From the NCBI GenBank assembly GCA_039208735.1, contig JBCCQY010000084.1, positions 1 to 37,726 of the forward strand: DNA of 37,726 nt, in the 5' to 3' direction. Made by a program: the position numbers and the translations under genes. The notes under the pieces were generated by a model. The model had not been told where the DNA came from. It searched no databases and saw only the letters and a list, made by a program, of their open reading frames with translations. Shown one piece after another: positions 7,784-17,913 of the stretch; the first letter of the stretch is position 1, and every line of letters starts with the position of its first letter. Origin of the DNA: Myxococcota bacterium (GTDB taxonomy: Bacteria; Myxococcota_A; UBA796; GCA-2862545).

Positions 7784-10720
7784 ATGAGGCGCTATCAGGT
7801 TCTTCCCCTCGTCGATGGGTACGTCGACCTACAGTCCAACGTGGTGGTTCGTGGCCAAGAGCCTACCCTTCGGCTCACAACCCAAGAGCGCCGTTTGCTC
7901 CTACTCTTGAGTTCTGAACCGCGCCCCGTCCCGCGTGCAGAACTGCTGCAACGGGTATGGAACTTGCGCCCCGACGCCGCCACCAAGGCTCCTGAGCAAG
8001 CCATTGCGCGCCTTCGGCGCAAACTCGAGTCCACGAATGGCGAGGTGGCCCATCTGCCGTTCTTGCCCGGCCATGGCTACACCTTTCGTATTGCCGGCCC
8101 AAAGGCCAACCCTCGTCCTCATCGCGTCGCGTTGAGCGACGGCCATATCGACCTTCACGAGGGCACGGTGGTTCGACGAGGTGCCGATCCCCTTCGGCTG
8201 TCGCAATTGGAACGTCGGCTGATCGAAGCCCTTCACGAGCGAACTCAGCCCGCGAGCCCCGAGGAGCTGCTGGTCGACGTGTGGAACTATCACCCCCGCA
8301 GCGCTTCTCGCGCCCCGTACCGGCTCATTCAGCGCCTCCGGGAAAAGATCGAGGCAGAACCTTCGGCGCCCGTTCACCTGCTGAATGAACCCGGGCGCGG
8401 CTACCGGCTGGTGCCCCACGCCCCGTCGCCCCCCCGCCGACCGTCCAAGAGCTTCGTGGGCCGGGTCGAGGAGATCACCAAGGTGCTGACGTGGTTGCAT
8501 TCGTCCGAGGACATCCTCGTGGTGACCGGACCCGGAGGTATGGGCAAGACGCGCCTGGTCCGCGAGGCGCTCGATCGGGCCCCCCTGATGGACCTTGTAT
8601 GGATCGACCTTACGAACGCACGCGAGACGAGTGACCTTCGCCAAGCGACCGCAGCTGCGTTGGGGGTGCTTCGGCCCGAAGGCATCGATTTTTCGATCCA
8701 GCACCGGGGCCCTTGCCTGTTGGTGTTCGACGGAGCCGATTTGGTCGTCGAAGCCACGGTGGACGCCCTTCAAGGCTGGTTGTCTCTCAACGAGGGAGCC
8801 CAAGCCATCGTCACGACCCGACGGCACCTGGCCCTTGCCGATGTGACGTCTCTCGTGCTCGGTCCCTTACCCGGTCCGGCGGCGGTGGGACTGTTGCTGG
8901 GGGCGGTGAAACGGCGATTCGATTGGACGCCGACCGAAGCCGAACGACCGCGCCTCGAAGCGCTCGCGACGGGCCCCCTCGACGGATGGCCGTTGGCCCT
9001 TGAACTCGCAGGAAGCCGCCTCCCCCTGCTTGGTCTCGACGGCCTGACCCAACGCCTCAGCACGAACGCTGCGCCGTCGCGAGACGTGCTGATCGGCACG
9101 CCCTCGGCGAGTCGCTGGAATGGGGTCCGCGAAGCCCTCATGGTCTCGGTTCAGGAGCTGGCCCCCTCGATCCGCCGAGCCTTCGCGCAGTGCGCGGTCT
9201 TCTGCGCTCCATTTGACCTCTCGGCCGCCGAGCGCATCCTTGAGCCCGAAATCCCCGCCTTGGACGCGCTTGATGAACTGATGGGATGGTCGCTCCTGGC
9301 GCTGTCCCATGACACGGGGCGACCCCGTTTCTACCTCCTCGATCGCGTTCGCGACCTCGCGCTGGAAGAACTGAACCAAGATGCGCACGTTGCTCGCACC
9401 ACTCGAAACCGGCACCTGGCGTGGCTCCTCGAGGCCAGTGGGCCGGCGCTCCACGAAGATGCGTCGGTCGCGGCCTTCGAGGCCGTCGCGGCCTTGGAGT
9501 CCGACCTCTTGGAGGCCCACCGGTATGCCCTTGCGGCCGGCGACCCCGAGCAAGCTGCCGACTTGGTGCTGGCCTGGACCAATGCCTTGACCTGGACCGG
9601 TGAAGGTTCCAGTCAACGCGTCCTGGAGCGGCTTGACGAAACCCGCGGGGCCCTCACCCCTGACCACCGCCATTTCGGTCAAACGGCGTCTCGCCTGTTG
9701 GTGTTCGACCGTGCGCGAGACGCCGACGCGTTCTTCCAATCCCAATGGCCCCAAGTCAAAACTGAGGAGCAGCGTGCGTGGCTGAAGCGCGGGTACGCGG
9801 TGCGCCTTCTTCACAACAATCGCTTTGACGACGCCCTCGAAGTTTGTCGACAAGCCCGCGAGCATTGCCCTCCCGAGGCTCCCTCCTGGATGACCATCCG
9901 GCTCGAATTGATCGAGATCATCATTCGAATCCGTCGGTATGACGACATCGACGAGATGCTGGAGGCCCTTCGCAGCCTGCGCGAGCGCACCCCTTCTTCA
10001 CCCCTCATCCAACCCGTCATTGGCGAGTGGATGGTGATTCTCCTCATCGAGGTAGAACGATACCGGGAGGCCTTGTCGGTCGCCGAGTCGTTTCGCCATG
10101 ACGGCCGACTCCCGTTCAATGTGGAGCGCTTTCGTGCGAGGGCGCTGTCTCGGCTGGGCCATACGATTCAAGCGGCAGGGACCATCCAAGCCCTCATTGG
10201 CCGAGCCGCCCAACAGGGCAACGAAGGTCGCTGGGTCAACGCGGTGAAGGACCTCCTCAATCTGCTGGTCGTCCAGGGCCGCGGGGCCGAGGCCCGAACC
10301 TGGATCGACCAGGTAAAGCGCCGATCGCTGCATGAGGCGGACGCAAAGGCCATCCGCAACCTGGAAGGACTGGTCTACTGTTATGAAAGCCGATTCGAGG
10401 AGGCTGAACGGGTTTTCGACGGACTCTGCGATGAGCACTCGAGCAGTTGGCCAAGCTACTTGGGTCTTGCGGTGGTGGCCCTCCGGCGAAACGATGCGGA
10501 AGAGGTCACCCGACGGCTGGATCGGCTCCTCGCCATGAAGTGGGCCCTCCCCCGGGTGGCCACCGAGACCGCCGCTGCGCTTCGAACCCTCACCCTTCGG
10601 CCGCTCACGCCGGAGGCCCGCCAACGCGTGCAGGCGTGCCGAGAGGAGTTTCCGACCCTCCGCGTGATGATGGACTGGTGTGAGATTCCGTTCGATGAGA
10701 CGTTGAACCAGGACGATTGA
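7784..10720 (+). CDS. STAND (NB-ARC-like) ATPase regulator with two N-terminal OmpR/PhoB-type winged-helix domains and C-terminal TPR-like repeats
   Basis: AGGAG upstream of ATG 7784. Two repeats of LT/SxxExxL...ELLxxVW...RLRxK(L/I)E...PGxGY. FVGRVEE, Walker A GPGGMGKT, Walker B LLVFDG, LDGWPLALELA, helical C-terminus. Confidence 0.9.
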   Translation: MRRYQVLPLVDGYVDLQSNVVVRGQEPTLRLTTQERRLLLLLSSEPRPVPRAELLQRVWNLRPDAATKAPEQAIARLRRKLESTNGEVAHLPFLPGHGYTFRIAGPKANPRPHRVALSDGHIDLHEGTVVRRGADPLRLSQLERRLIEALHERTQPASPEELLVDVWNYHPRSASRAPYRLIQRLREKIEAEPSAPVHLLNEPGRGYRLVPHAPSPPRRPSKSFVGRVEEITKVLTWLHSSEDILVVTGPGGMGKTRLVREALDRAPLMDLVWIDLTNARETSDLRQATAAALGVLRPEGIDFSIQHRGPCLLVFDGADLVVEATVDALQGWLSLNEGAQAIVTTRRHLALADVTSLVLGPLPGPAAVGLLLGAVKRRFDWTPTEAERPRLEALATGPLDGWPLALELAGSRLPLLGLDGLTQRLSTNAAPSRDVLIGTPSASRWNGVREALMVSVQELAPSIRRAFAQCAVFCAPFDLSAAERILEPEIPALDALDELMGWSLLALSHDTGRPRFYLLDRVRDLALEELNQDAHVARTTRNRHLAWLLEASGPALHEDASVAAFEAVAALESDLLEAHRYALAAGDPEQAADLVLAWTNALTWTGEGSSQRVLERLDETRGALTPDHRHFGQTASRLLVFDRARDADAFFQSQWPQVKTEEQRAWLKRGYAVRLLHNNRFDDALEVCRQAREHCPPEAPSWMTIRLELIEIIIRIRRYDDIDEMLEALRSLRERTPSSPLIQPVIGEWMVILLIEVERYREALSVAESFRHDGRLPFNVERFRARALSRLGHTIQAAGTIQALIGRAAQQGNEGRWVNAVKDLLNLLVVQGRGAEARTWIDQVKRRSLHEADAKAIRNLEGLVYCYESRFEEAERVFDGLCDEHSSSWPSYLGLAVVALRRNDAEEVTRRLDRLLAMKWALPRVATETAAALRTLTLRPLTPEARQRVQACREEFPTLRVMMDWCEIPFDETLNQDD

Positions 10721-10770
10721 TGGTGGGTACGCTGGCCCAGGCTCCAGGGCCCGCAACGCGCCACAAGTGG

Positions 10771-11694
10771 TCATTCTGATGAGCGTTCAGGAGGACGAAG
10801 CGCCGCGGCAAGTCGCAACGCCAGGTCCCGCCGATGAGAGGGGAACGCCAGCCGCCAGTGCCGCATCAGCGGCCCCCCGACAAATGGAACCCGAACCAGG
10901 CGTGCGTCGGCGGCGTACGGTTCGGCACTCCACTCTGACAACACCGCAATCCCAAATCCTGCGACGGCCATCGCCACGAGGGCCTCGGTCAGCGGAAGAC
11001 GCAACGTCGTCACCGGCGGGCGCGCCCGTCCAAACACCCGACGGACAAACCACCGTCTGACCGCGCGGGGAAGCGTCGTAGGAAGCAGGAGCGGTGTTTC
11101 AACAAAATCGTCGGCCGTCAGGGCGGTTCGCGCGGCCAAGGGATGGTCGGCCGACACCAAAAAGACCAACCGGTCGCCAAACAAGGCCACCTCTTCGATA
11201 CCTCGAGGAGCCGGTGCGGTGCTCAGCATCGCCAAATCGACCTCACCGCCCTGCAGCGCACGTCCTGGATCGTCGGTGTGTTCGAGTGCGATGTCGACGG
11301 TGAGGTGGGGCATCGTTTTCTGCAGGGTGAGCAGCACCCCCGGCAACCAGTGGTAGGTCGTGTAGCACTCGCAGACGATGCGCAGACGCTCGGGGGCGTC
11401 CGGCTGGGCCAAGACTTCAGCCTCCACCTCAGCAAGGGTACCCAACACGTCTCGCGCGCCTTCGACGAGGCGTTCTCCGGCGGGAGTCGCCACAAGCCCG
11501 TGCGCGGTCCGCGTGAACAGCTCCACGCCGATCTTGGTCTCTGCGTTGCGAAGGGCACGACTGACCGCCGATTGGGTCAGATGAAGCACCGGCGCGGCTG
11601 CCGTCGCACTCCCGGCGGAGGCGATGGCGAGGACAACTTCGAGGTCGCGAATGTCGAGCCGCGTGCGGGACCGCAATGGAGGTATTCGTTTCAC
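10771..11694 (-). CDS. LysR family transcriptional regulator
   Basis: LDIRDLEVVLAIASAGSATAAAPVLHLTQSAVSRALRNAETKIGVELFTR HTH, LRIVCECYTTYHWLP (MetR-like segment), AGFGIAVLS. Confidence 0.94.
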   Translation of the reverse strand: MKRIPPLRSRTRLDIRDLEVVLAIASAGSATAAAPVLHLTQSAVSRALRNAETKIGVELFTRTAHGLVATPAGERLVEGARDVLGTLAEVEAEVLAQPDAPERLRIVCECYTTYHWLPGVLLTLQKTMPHLTVDIALEHTDDPGRALQGGEVDLAMLSTAPAPRGIEEVALFGDRLVFLVSADHPLAARTALTADDFVETPLLLPTTLPRAVRRWFVRRVFGRARPPVTTLRLPLTEALVAMAVAGFGIAVLSEWSAEPYAADARLVRVPFVGGPLMRHWRLAFPSHRRDLALRLAAALRPPERSSE

Positions 11695-11793
11695 GCATAC
11701 ACTCTATCGAAAAGATGCGTTGGACGTCTACCTCAGCCAAGGCAAAGGTCGGAATGAGCGTTCCCCGAACAACCTTTACGAGGAGACACCGTC

Positions 11794-12687
11794 ATGGCAG
11801 TCCAGACCAACCGTGCGACCCAGGCTCGCCGCCGCGTGCCTTGGTGGTTCCGAGCCGGCCTGCAAGCCCTCTCCGCGACCCTGCCGGGGGTGGGGGCCCA
11901 GATCTTCGAACGGCTTTGGTTTACCCCTCCCCGGCCCCGAATCCGCGAGAGCCCTCCGGTGGACCTCGCCGGCTACGCGACCCACCGCCTCCAGGTTCGA
12001 GGTCGAAGTATCGTAGGCTTCTCGGCCGGCTTACCATCTTCAGAACCACCCATCTTGTTGGTGCATGGCTGGGGCGGCTACGCGCTTCAGTTCGCGCCCC
12101 TCGCAGCCGAGCTGGTGGCCCGAGGAAAGCGCATCGTCGCCTACGACATGCCCGCCCATGGGGGCTCGGATCCGAGCCCCCTACCCGGGGCCCAAACCAC
12201 GTTCTTCGAGTTCGAACGTGCCTTACAGGCCATCGCAACCGCGCATGGCGAACCTCGAGCCATCGTCGCGCACTCGGGGGGCTGTGTGGCCGTCATGCTC
12301 GCCCTCCAAGCGAGACTGGCGACCTCAAAGGTGGTCTTCATCTCACCGTTTGGCCGACCGGCCGCATTTGTGGAAGCCTTCGGCCAGGCGTTGGGTGCCT
12401 CCGACCCGGTGCTGAAACGATTCATGGTCAATTCTGGAAGCCGCTACGGGTTCCGCTGGTCCGACCTTGAAATCGCCAACGTGGCGCCGAGCCTGAAGAC
12501 GCCCCCTTTGCTGGTCGTGCACGACGAAGGTGACACGGAGGTACCGCATAGCGACGGCGCCGAAATCGCAGCTCGGTGGCCCGACGCTCGGCTCCTCTCC
12601 ACCCGAGGCCTCGGCCACCGACGTATTCTCTCTGATTCAGAGGTTCTAGGTCAAATTTCCGAGTTCATAGAGCCCTCGAAATCGTGA
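11794..12687 (+). CDS. Alpha/beta fold hydrolase
   Basis: LLVHGWGG, YDMPAHG, nucleophile elbow AHSGG, HDEGD, GLGH. AGGAG RBS. Divergent from LysR. Confidence 0.92.
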   Translation: MAVQTNRATQARRRVPWWFRAGLQALSATLPGVGAQIFERLWFTPPRPRIRESPPVDLAGYATHRLQVRGRSIVGFSAGLPSSEPPILLVHGWGGYALQFAPLAAELVARGKRIVAYDMPAHGGSDPSPLPGAQTTFFEFERALQAIATAHGEPRAIVAHSGGCVAVMLALQARLATSKVVFISPFGRPAAFVEAFGQALGASDPVLKRFMVNSGSRYGFRWSDLEIANVAPSLKTPPLLVVHDEGDTEVPHSDGAEIAARWPDARLLSTRGLGHRRILSDSEVLGQISEFIEPSKS

Positions 12688-12750
12688 CGCTCGAGGCACG
12701 GACTCCACACAAACACCGAAACGTGCGCATCCAGACGGTTCGAAATCCGA

Positions 12751-14529
12751 CTATCGGTGGCTTAGCATCTCGTCTGCCAAAAGGCGTTTGGCGACCATTT
12801 GCAGGAGTTCTCCAGGCGAAAACGGCTTGCGGAGGATCGGAACCCGGAGCCGTTGTAGTCCGAGAGCCAGGTCATCGTCGCCCAACCATCCCGTCATTGC
12901 GATCACCGGCATTCGCGGGGTGTGACGGACCAGCTCTCGTGCCAGGTCGACTCCCGTGCGGCCGGGCATCAACACGTCGGTGAGCACGAGGGAAGGAGGC
13001 GTGTCCATGCCTTGGAACGTTTCAAGCGCATCGTCGGCATTCGATTCCGCGACCACTGCACATCCCGCTTCCTCGAGCGCCCGTTCCACCACTCGACGTA
13101 CCGTGGCATTGTCTTCCACCACCAACACGGTCTGACCTGGACGAAGCGTAGGACGCGATGGTTTTGGGGGCCCTGAGGGGCCCGATGACGCCTGGGCGAC
13201 CGATACAGGAAGGAAGATCTGAAACGTGCTGCCCCGTTCGGGCGCCGAATGAACCGCCACCCGTCCTTCGAGACTCCTCACGATGACGTAAACCGTGGCG
13301 AGGCCAAGCCCGCTTCCTACACCGGTCTTGGTCGTAAAGAAGGGTTCGAACACCCGACGCTGGGTGGTCACATCCATCCCCACACCGGTGTCCTCGACTT
13401 CGATAAGCACGTGATGTCCTTCATCATCGACGACTTCGCGCGTGCGCAGGCGCAGGGTCCCTCCGTGAGGCATGGCATCGCGGGCGTTGGCCACCAAGTT
13501 GGTGAGGACCTGTTCGATCTCCACCTCTCCTGCCGTCACCAAGAGGTCTGGCACATCGAGATCGAGGACGAGCCGAACCCGCTCCCCGGCCAAGCTCCGT
13601 AGGAGCGGTAGACTGGCCGTGAGACGAGCATCGAGCGGTAGTGGCCGACGCGTCGCGGCCTTGGGCCGTGCGAAGAGCAGCAGGTCTCGACAAAGGGAGG
13701 CGGCGGAGTCCGTTGCCGCAAGAAGGTTGTCGAGCCCCTCGGCGAGGGTTGCCTGATCCCCGACCGTCTCTCGGGCCATGCAACCCTCGATCTGCACGAC
13801 GGTCAACAGGTTGTTGAGGTTGTGGGCGAGGCCTCCCGCCAGTTGACCCACCACCTCCATCTTCTGCGCGAACACCACCTGATCCTGGAGCTGTCGTCGG
13901 TCTTCTTCCACCTCTCGCCGTGAGGCCACTTCGCGCTTCAGTTCATCGTTGGTCGCGACCACCAACTGTCGCTTCGCCTCCACGTCGGCCACCGCCCCCT
14001 GGAGCCGCTGCATGAGGCTGCTCGTCGACAGTCCGACCACCAACGACACACAAACCACGCTGCAGATTGCCATCACCCACCAATCGAAAGGCGGACCGGG
14101 AACGCCCCAGGGCAGCAGCGGCTGACTGGCGGCCACCAGAGCCATGACCACCAAGATCAGGGCTTCAGCTGCCCAAAACGCACGGGTATCGAACAAGACC
14201 CCAGCTAGGGCGGGTACCCCGAGGAGCCAGATGAGACCTGCTCCGTAGGGACCAACGGCAAGCAGGACGACAAGGCCGACACTGGAAAAGATCGCCAACA
14301 GTCCCGTCGCTCGTACCGAGTACGGAAGTCCGGAGAGGGAGGCCAACGCAACCAATCCAAGCCAACCGGCAACGTCGGCCACGGCCACGGCCCACACTTC
14401 AAACCGAATCGCCAAGGCAACCCCGGCGAGACATGGAACCAAGGCCAAGACCGCGATGTAGCGTAGCAGTCGCTCGAGGATGGACACCTGAAACGAACGA
14501 AGCTTCTTAAACGCACCGTCTGTGGACAT
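12751..14529 (-). CDS. Membrane hybrid sensor histidine kinase/response regulator
   Basis: About 6 N-terminal TM segments, coiled coil, H-box AHNLNNLL, NLVANARDAM, DTGVGM, FEPFFTTK, GSGLGL. Receiver domain VVED, TDVLMPG, RKPF. Confidence 0.94.
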   Translation of the reverse strand: MSTDGAFKKLRSFQVSILERLLRYIAVLALVPCLAGVALAIRFEVWAVAVADVAGWLGLVALASLSGLPYSVRATGLLAIFSSVGLVVLLAVGPYGAGLIWLLGVPALAGVLFDTRAFWAAEALILVVMALVAASQPLLPWGVPGPPFDWWVMAICSVVCVSLVVGLSTSSLMQRLQGAVADVEAKRQLVVATNDELKREVASRREVEEDRRQLQDQVVFAQKMEVVGQLAGGLAHNLNNLLTVVQIEGCMARETVGDQATLAEGLDNLLAATDSAASLCRDLLLFARPKAATRRPLPLDARLTASLPLLRSLAGERVRLVLDLDVPDLLVTAGEVEIEQVLTNLVANARDAMPHGGTLRLRTREVVDDEGHHVLIEVEDTGVGMDVTTQRRVFEPFFTTKTGVGSGLGLATVYVIVRSLEGRVAVHSAPERGSTFQIFLPVSVAQASSGPSGPPKPSRPTLRPGQTVLVVEDNATVRRVVERALEEAGCAVVAESNADDALETFQGMDTPPSLVLTDVLMPGRTGVDLARELVRHTPRMPVIAMTGWLGDDDLALGLQRLRVPILRKPFSPGELLQMVAKRLLADEMLSHR

Positions 14530-14702
14530 GCCTCATTCTACACGGAGCGAACTTGCGATCCTCCAGGCGTTAGGCGGGTGGACGTGCGTTTGTAGGGATT
14601 GCCCCTGATGAGCCATGCGGTCCGTGCATGGTCGTATGCTTCGACGAACACGGTGTCCGCGAACCGCCCTCGGTACATCCCAGGAGTTTCCTGGAGGAAC
14701 CC

Positions 14703-15224
14703 ATGCGCTGGACGCTCTTGCCCCTCTCCCTGATGATCGCTTGCTCGAGCGAGCCGGTCGATACGTTCGTCGCGAATACCTTTGAAGACTCCAAAATCAC
14801 AGGTGGCGCCCAGGCCATCTTCGGCGTTTCTGACACCGTCGAGATCTCGGGTGAGGTCGAGTTTCCTGGGTTCATCGGCTTCTACGATGTCGATCTCGAC
14901 GACGATGGCATGGTCATGACCCTCATCGACAACTCGGGCGCGACGGACCTTGTGCTTCCCGACGGACGCTTCGACCGGTACTACGTGAGCCTAAGCGCAG
15001 GGGTTGAGGAGGCCTCGATCCGCGGTGATGGCGAACTCGATACGTACGCCACGGTCTCGATTCTCGATCCAGGCTTCGCTCTCGACGTGACGGACCCCTT
15101 CAAAACCGGCCTTGCATTGCCGGTAACGTATGCCAATGGCGGCATCTTGCTCCAAATCGGTCCCGGCGCCGACCTGACCGACCTTCAGCAACAGGTGACC
15201 GTCGACTTCACCCTGTCCAACTGA
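14703..15224 (+). CDS. Hypothetical lipoprotein
   Basis: GGAGG RBS, signal MRWTLLPLSLMIA-C, acidic beta-rich mature region. Confidence 0.75.
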   Translation: MRWTLLPLSLMIACSSEPVDTFVANTFEDSKITGGAQAIFGVSDTVEISGEVEFPGFIGFYDVDLDDDGMVMTLIDNSGATDLVLPDGRFDRYYVSLSAGVEEASIRGDGELDTYATVSILDPGFALDVTDPFKTGLALPVTYANGGILLQIGPGADLTDLQQQVTVDFTLSN

Positions 15225-16155
15225 CGGCCCAGCCGTCGAGCACCTGACCCACCAGCCGGCGCAACCACGCATGACCGTCATCGGTGTGGTGCACCTGGTG
15301 CCAGGTAAGACGGATCGCCAACGTCTCGAGTTCATCGGACAGCGGGTGGGGCGTTAGCGAGAGGCCTCCCACCGAAGCGACCCCCTGCGCCATGGGGGTG
15401 GGGAGGGAGGAGACCAAGGGCGTGTCGTGGAGGACGGGGGCGAGTGCGGCCACGAAGCTGACGTACAGCCTCACCCGACGCGTCCAACCCCGCTCCTGCA
15501 ACAGCTCATCGAGTTCACCCAGCACGTCTGGGCGGCCGTGAGGCGTGATTTGAACATGATCGGAGGCAAGCCACGTTTCGAGGTCGCACGGCTGGCCAAA
15601 GGACGGGTGATGAGGCCCACACAGCAGGCTCCATGTCATGCGGTCGCCGGCGGTTCGTGAGTACAGCTCGGGATGATCGAGGACAGGGGCTCCGATGACC
15701 AGGTCGACTTCGTCGTCGAGCAAGCCACGGAGGGACTCGCGTTCCTAGCCCAAGACCTGCAAGTCAATGCCCGGGGCCTCGGTGAGCAGCCGAGCCAACA
15801 GCGTCGGCACGATCTTGACCCCCACGATGTCGGGGATGACCAGACGAAAGGTGCGAACCGCGGTGGAAGGGTCGAACGCGCCTACCGTTCGCAGCCGATC
15901 GATCGCGGAAAGAGACCGTTCGACCGGTGTACGCATCGACCGTGCCAGGGGCGTAAGGGCCATGGTGCGACCGGATCGCACCAACAACTCATCCCCGAAC
16001 GCGGTGCGTAAGGTGGCCAGTGATCGGCTGACGGTGGGCTGACGCTGGCCTAGAGCCTCGGCCGCTCGCGTCACGCTGGCCTCACGCAGCAACGCCCGCA
16101 GGGTCACCAAGAGATTGAGATCGAGCCCATCAAGGGGCGGGGTATCGCGCGCCAT
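15208..16155 (-). pseudogene. LysR family regulator (NodD-like) interrupted by an in-frame TAG
   Basis: LDLNLLVTLRALLREASVTRAAEALG HTH. ORFs 15745..16290 and 15208..15723 share one frame: ...IDLQVLG-TAG(15745-15747)-ERESLRGLLDDEVDLVIG... Confidence 0.85.
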
Positions 16156-16191
16156 CGGCACCTCATCGGCCCTCCAATGTAGGAGTACGAC

Positions 16192-16210
16192 CCATCCCGG
16201 TCCGGCATGG
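16192..16210. promoter_or_regulatory. Putative LysR (NodD-type) operator
   Basis: Near-perfect palindrome CCATCCCGGTCCGGCATGG containing ATC-N9-CAT (T-N11-A), in the divergent gap. Confidence 0.55.
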
Positions 16211-16288
16211 TGGCATGCCCAATCCGGTATGGCTCCGGCAGCCCCGACCCGTTCTGACGTCCAGGGACTCTTCACGAGGCGAGGAACC

Positions 16289-17059
16289 ATGCCCAGCGCT
16301 CTGCATCACGCGAAAATGCTGTACCTCGAAGGCATTCGCGACGGAAATCCCCGCGAAGCCGTCAACGCCCACACGGGCAACCGCTACACCCAGCACTCGA
16401 CCGGCGTGCGCGACGGTCGTGATGGGTTCATTGCGTTCTTCGATGACTTCATCAAGCGGAACCCCGAACGGTCCATCGATATCGTGCGGGGCTGGCAAGA
16501 TGGCCGACACGTCTTCCTTCACGCCTACCAAGAACTCGGTGAAGGCGGTCCGCGGTACGTCACGACCGACTTCTTCGATTCCGATGACGAAGGGAAGATC
16601 GTCGAGCACTGGGATGTGATCCGGGAGTTCAAGGGCCAAACGCCGTCCGGCCATACCGACGTCGACGGTGCAACCGAGATCACCGACCTCGACAAGACCG
16701 AGCAGAACAAGCAGCTTGTCCGCGACCTAATCGAAAGCTGCATGTTCCATGGCACGCGCGCCGAGCGGATCGAGGAGTTCATCTCGGCCGAGACCTACAT
16801 CCAGCACAACCACGGAGTGGCCGACGGGCTCGAGAACTTCAAGGCTCTCGCCCAAGCCGAGAACCGCCCTCTCAACTACGACGAGATCGTGCTGTTGGTG
16901 GGCTCCGGAAACTTCGTGGCCACGCTCTGCAAGGCCGATTGGGAAGGCGACAAGTTCGCGCAAGTCGACATCTTCCGGATTGAAAACGGCAAGGTTGTCG
17001 AACATTGGGACAACGTCGAGCCCGTCCCCGACAACCCGGTGAACGGCGGCAAGTTCTAG
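16289..17059 (+). CDS. NTF2/SnoaL-like protein with two tandem domains
   Basis: GAGGA RBS. Repeated Y(T/I)QH...V(R/A)DG...F and D(F/I)F...GK(I/V)VEHWD motifs in both halves. Confidence 0.9.
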   Translation: MPSALHHAKMLYLEGIRDGNPREAVNAHTGNRYTQHSTGVRDGRDGFIAFFDDFIKRNPERSIDIVRGWQDGRHVFLHAYQELGEGGPRYVTTDFFDSDDEGKIVEHWDVIREFKGQTPSGHTDVDGATEITDLDKTEQNKQLVRDLIESCMFHGTRAERIEEFISAETYIQHNHGVADGLENFKALAQAENRPLNYDEIVLLVGSGNFVATLCKADWEGDKFAQVDIFRIENGKVVEHWDNVEPVPDNPVNGGKF

Positions 17060-17628
17060 CGTGTTCCGAAGTTTTGCACCCAGTAGTTACCCGACGGGTA
17101 GAACCCTACACCCAGCTCGGTGGCCATGCCATCGAGGATGTTGGCTCGGTGGCCCGGTGAGTTCATCCAGCCCACCATCACGTCTTCGGGCGTCGTGTAG
17201 CCCTGCGCGATGTTCTCACCACGGGGAAACGCGTCGTAGCCAGCCTGCTCGATGCGTTCGTCAAACCGTCGACCGTCCAACGATGTGTGGCTGAAGTAGT
17301 TTTGCAGCGACATGTCTTGCGCATGTAGGTACGCCGCAAGCGCCAGCTCTGCGTTGTAGCCATACGGGGCCATGCCTCGGGAGGACCGTTCGGCGTTCAC
17401 GAGCTCGATGACTTCGCAGGCAAAAGGGGTCTCGTCGACCGGACAATCCGTCGACGAAATCACACCGTCCGACCCATCGTCGTCGGGTGCGTTGCGGGGA
17501 ATCAACGCCTGGCGCCCCGGGTCCTCGGGACCTTCGGCCGTCCCGATCTGAACGTCATCGGGCTCGCTGCCAAAGATGCAGCCCATAGCAAGGAGGGCAA
17601 GGGGCAGGACTCCGTACATCGGCTTCAC
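17056..17628 (-). CDS. CAP (SCP/YkwD-like) domain lipoprotein
   Basis: Lipobox LAMG-C. VIELVNAER, HAQDM, YFSHTS, GENIAQG, WMNSPGHRANIL, YWVQNFG. Confidence 0.93.
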   Translation of the reverse strand: MKPMYGVLPLALLAMGCIFGSEPDDVQIGTAEGPEDPGRQALIPRNAPDDDGSDGVISSTDCPVDETPFACEVIELVNAERSSRGMAPYGYNAELALAAYLHAQDMSLQNYFSHTSLDGRRFDERIEQAGYDAFPRGENIAQGYTTPEDVMVGWMNSPGHRANILDGMATELGVGFYPSGNYWVQNFGTR

Positions 17629-17913
17629 GACGTGCTCCTGTCAACCAGACCGACTCGTTGTACCGTTCCCCGATCGGCCTTGTCGGGATGTCGAGCCATG
17701 TTGACCGAAACTTTGACGTCCTTCATGCGTGCCCGGCCCAGGCGGTCGAGGGAACGAACCCGGTTGGGACCCTTCGCGTAGCGTACGAAACGACGGTGTA
17801 ATCCCGAGCTGGCGTGCAAGCGAAGGGCATTCCCCCCACCAAACTTCCGGGATCAGGATGTTCACGGACAAGCGAACGTGTCATACACCGGTGTCCTGTC
17901 GGCTGGAGACCCC

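Noticed and set aside
11660..11720. Possible frameshift at the LysR N-terminus (ATG 11698 is out of frame with the HTH)
   Set aside because: An in-frame GTG at 11694 gives a complete protein. The ATGCGT/ACGCAT dyad is adequately explained as an operator.
15745..15747. Genome-wide TAG recoding or pyrrolysine
   Set aside because: TAG ends many genes at their expected C-termini (124, 1368, 17059, 28807, 30877). Only one internal TAG was seen, and there are no pyl genes in the window.
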